A DNA stretch of 59,984 nucleotides, the filler included. It is 8 parts of 8 records of this genome, joined end to end, with 100 filler letters (N's around TTAATTAATTAA, not from the genome) between each part and the next. Parts side by side here need not be neighbours in the genome. Positions count along the whole stretch, not along the records: positions 53,193 to 59,984 come from SRR31147125_2195; 7 more parts are not named here. The stretch is one strand, 5' to 3'. The position numbers and the translations under genes were made by a program. Positions within the stretch are counted from its first letter, which is position 1; every line of letters starts with the position of its first letter. The notes under the pieces were generated by a model. That model was not told the origin of the DNA and did not search any database. It worked only from the letters and a program-made list of their open reading frames with translations. Shown here piece by piece: positions 58,448-59,984 of this stretch.

Positions 58448-59984
58448 ATGCACTTTACCGATCTCTTTATTAAAAAGCCGGTGCTGGCTCTGGTGGTCAG
58501 CATCTTGCTGCTGATTGCAGGCTTGCAAGCGGCCTTTAACCTGACGGTACGGCAATACCCACAAAGTGATAATGCCGTTATCAATATTTCCACCATTTAC
58601 GTGGGGGCCAGTGCCGAATTGGTGCAGGGCTTTATTACCACGCCCATTGAGCGTGCCATCGCCTCAGTGGATGGCATTGACTACATTGATTCACAAAGTG
58701 CTTTGGGCATGTCAACGGTCAATGCGGTACTCAAGCTCAACTATGATCCTGTGCGTGCCATGTCTGAGATCACCGCTAAGGTGAATCAAATTCGTGGTGA
58801 GCTGCCAGCAGAAGCTGAAATTCCCGCGTTAACCATTACCTCGCCCGATGATGATATTGCCTCTGCGTATTTGAGCTTTACCTCAGACGTATTGACCCAA
58901 AGCCAAATTACTGATTATCTGTCACGCTCGATTCAGCCTCGATTGTCCTCCGTTGCAGGCGTTCAAAAAGCAGAAATCCTCGGCGGTCGAACCTTTGCCA
59001 TGCGTGCCTGGCTAAAACCTGATCACATGGCGGCATTGGGCGTCACACCTGCAGAAGTCTATCAGGCGCTGGCGGCTAACAATGTGCTCTCTACCTTAGG
59101 TCAGACCAAAGGTGCTTTGACACAAATGAACCTAAGTGCCAATACAGATTTGCGCAGTGTTGAAGACTTTGAACAGCTTATTGTCCGCACTAGGCCAGAA
59201 GGAACTATTCGGTTAAGAGACATAGCCGATATTGAGCTAGGTGCAAGCGACTACAACACAGTGGTGAGCTACTCAGGCCGAAACGCCATCTTTATGGGGG
59301 TTTGGGTCTTGCCTACGGCAAATTCACTGGAAGTCATTAAAGCTGTGGTGGCTGAGTTAGACGCTATCAAGAAGACACTACCCAGTGGCTTAGAGGCGGA
59401 AGTCTCTTATGATGCCACTGAGTACATTAGTGCCGCCATCGATGAAGTTGCGACTACTCTGACTGAGACCCTATTGATCATCACTATCGTGATCTTCTTG
59501 TTCTTGGGTTTTAGTCGCTCAGTACTCATTCCACTGTTGGCTATTCCATTGTCGTTAATTGGTGCCATCTTCATTATTCAGCTCTGTGGCTTTTCACTCA
59601 ACCTGCTGACGCTGCTGGCCATTGTACTTAGTGTGGGGCTTGTGGTGGACGATGCCATTATTATGGTGGAAAACGTCGAGCGACACATTGAGGAAGGGGC
59701 CAAGCCTTTTAACGCTGCTATTAATGCAGCTCGTGAGCTCTTCGGCCCAATCCTGGCGATGACCTTTACCATCGTCTCGGTTTATGTACCGATCGCATTT
59801 CAGGGGGACTAACCGGAACCCTCTTTATGGAGTTTGCCATTACACTGGCCGGTGCCATTGTGGTCTCTGCCATCGTGGCGGTCACCCTTTCACCTATGTT
59901 GGGCTCTAAGCTGCTGAAACCCAATAAGAAGATGAGCGGCCCACTGGAGTCTGTTTTTGAGAAGTTCCGTGACCACTATCTGGT
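58448..59984 (+). CDS. RND efflux inner-membrane transporter (HAE1, MexW/MexI-like); frameshift near 59805, truncated at window end
   Basis: FTDLFIKKPVLA, VRQYP, GLVVDDAIIMVEN; continues GLTGTLFMEFAITLA after restoring one G. Confidence 0.92.

Noticed and set aside
444-59772. Numerous antisense or alternative-frame ORFs in the track (e.g. 9165-9428, 15963-16421, 23271-23675, 39093-39620)
   Set aside because: Shadow ORFs overlapping well-supported genes, with no RBS or motif support.
1-59984. CRISPR arrays, tRNA, rRNA
   Set aside because: No regularly spaced direct repeats, cloverleaf motifs or rRNA signatures were seen.

Overview
This window is not one locus. It is eight unrelated contigs joined by seven artificial 100-bp spacers (44 N + TTAATTAATTAA + 44 N), as in a concatenated metagenome or draft assembly. 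Taxonomic labels below are inferred from gene content and composition. (1) 1-5603, low-GC Firmicutes-like: serine hydrolase, CAAX protease, TspO-like and His/Trp-rich membrane proteins, and a TetR with two palindromic operators. (2) 5704-13059, Bacteroidota: secreted tail-fibre-like protein, T9SS beta-helix protein and YD/Rhs-associated protein, with REP-like repeats. (3) 13160-21170, Bacteroidota: type I R-M locus (hsdR, DUF1016 nuclease, hsdM, hsdS with an extra C-terminal domain). It is bracketed by two direct copies of a covarying hairpin (GCACATTTG-N35-CAAAAGAGC) and followed by an attC-like element interrupted by a probable group II intron 5' end. (4) 21271-33463 and (5) 33564-40748, very AT-rich diderm (Fusobacteriota-like): radical SAM genes, HD-GYP/hybrid kinase pair, multidomain outer-membrane protein, CPA-EIIA fusion, TPP-riboswitch thiN-thiB-thiP operon and a His-leader attenuator ahead of an amino-acid ABC transporter. 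(6) 40849-46661: gdhA preceded by an unannotated CxxC-x8-CxxC micro-ORF, PucR and a dCache adenylate cyclase. (7) 46762-53092, Bacteroidota: MITE-like end, gene remnants and a phosphoesterase/beta-helix/Tat-lipoprotein cluster. (8) 53193-59984, Gammaproteobacteria: CHAD protein, rlmF, PilZ-ParA-RHH module and RND efflux pump. About a dozen genes are split by single-base indels in short homopolymers, most likely sequencing errors. No CRISPR array, rRNA or tRNA was seen.
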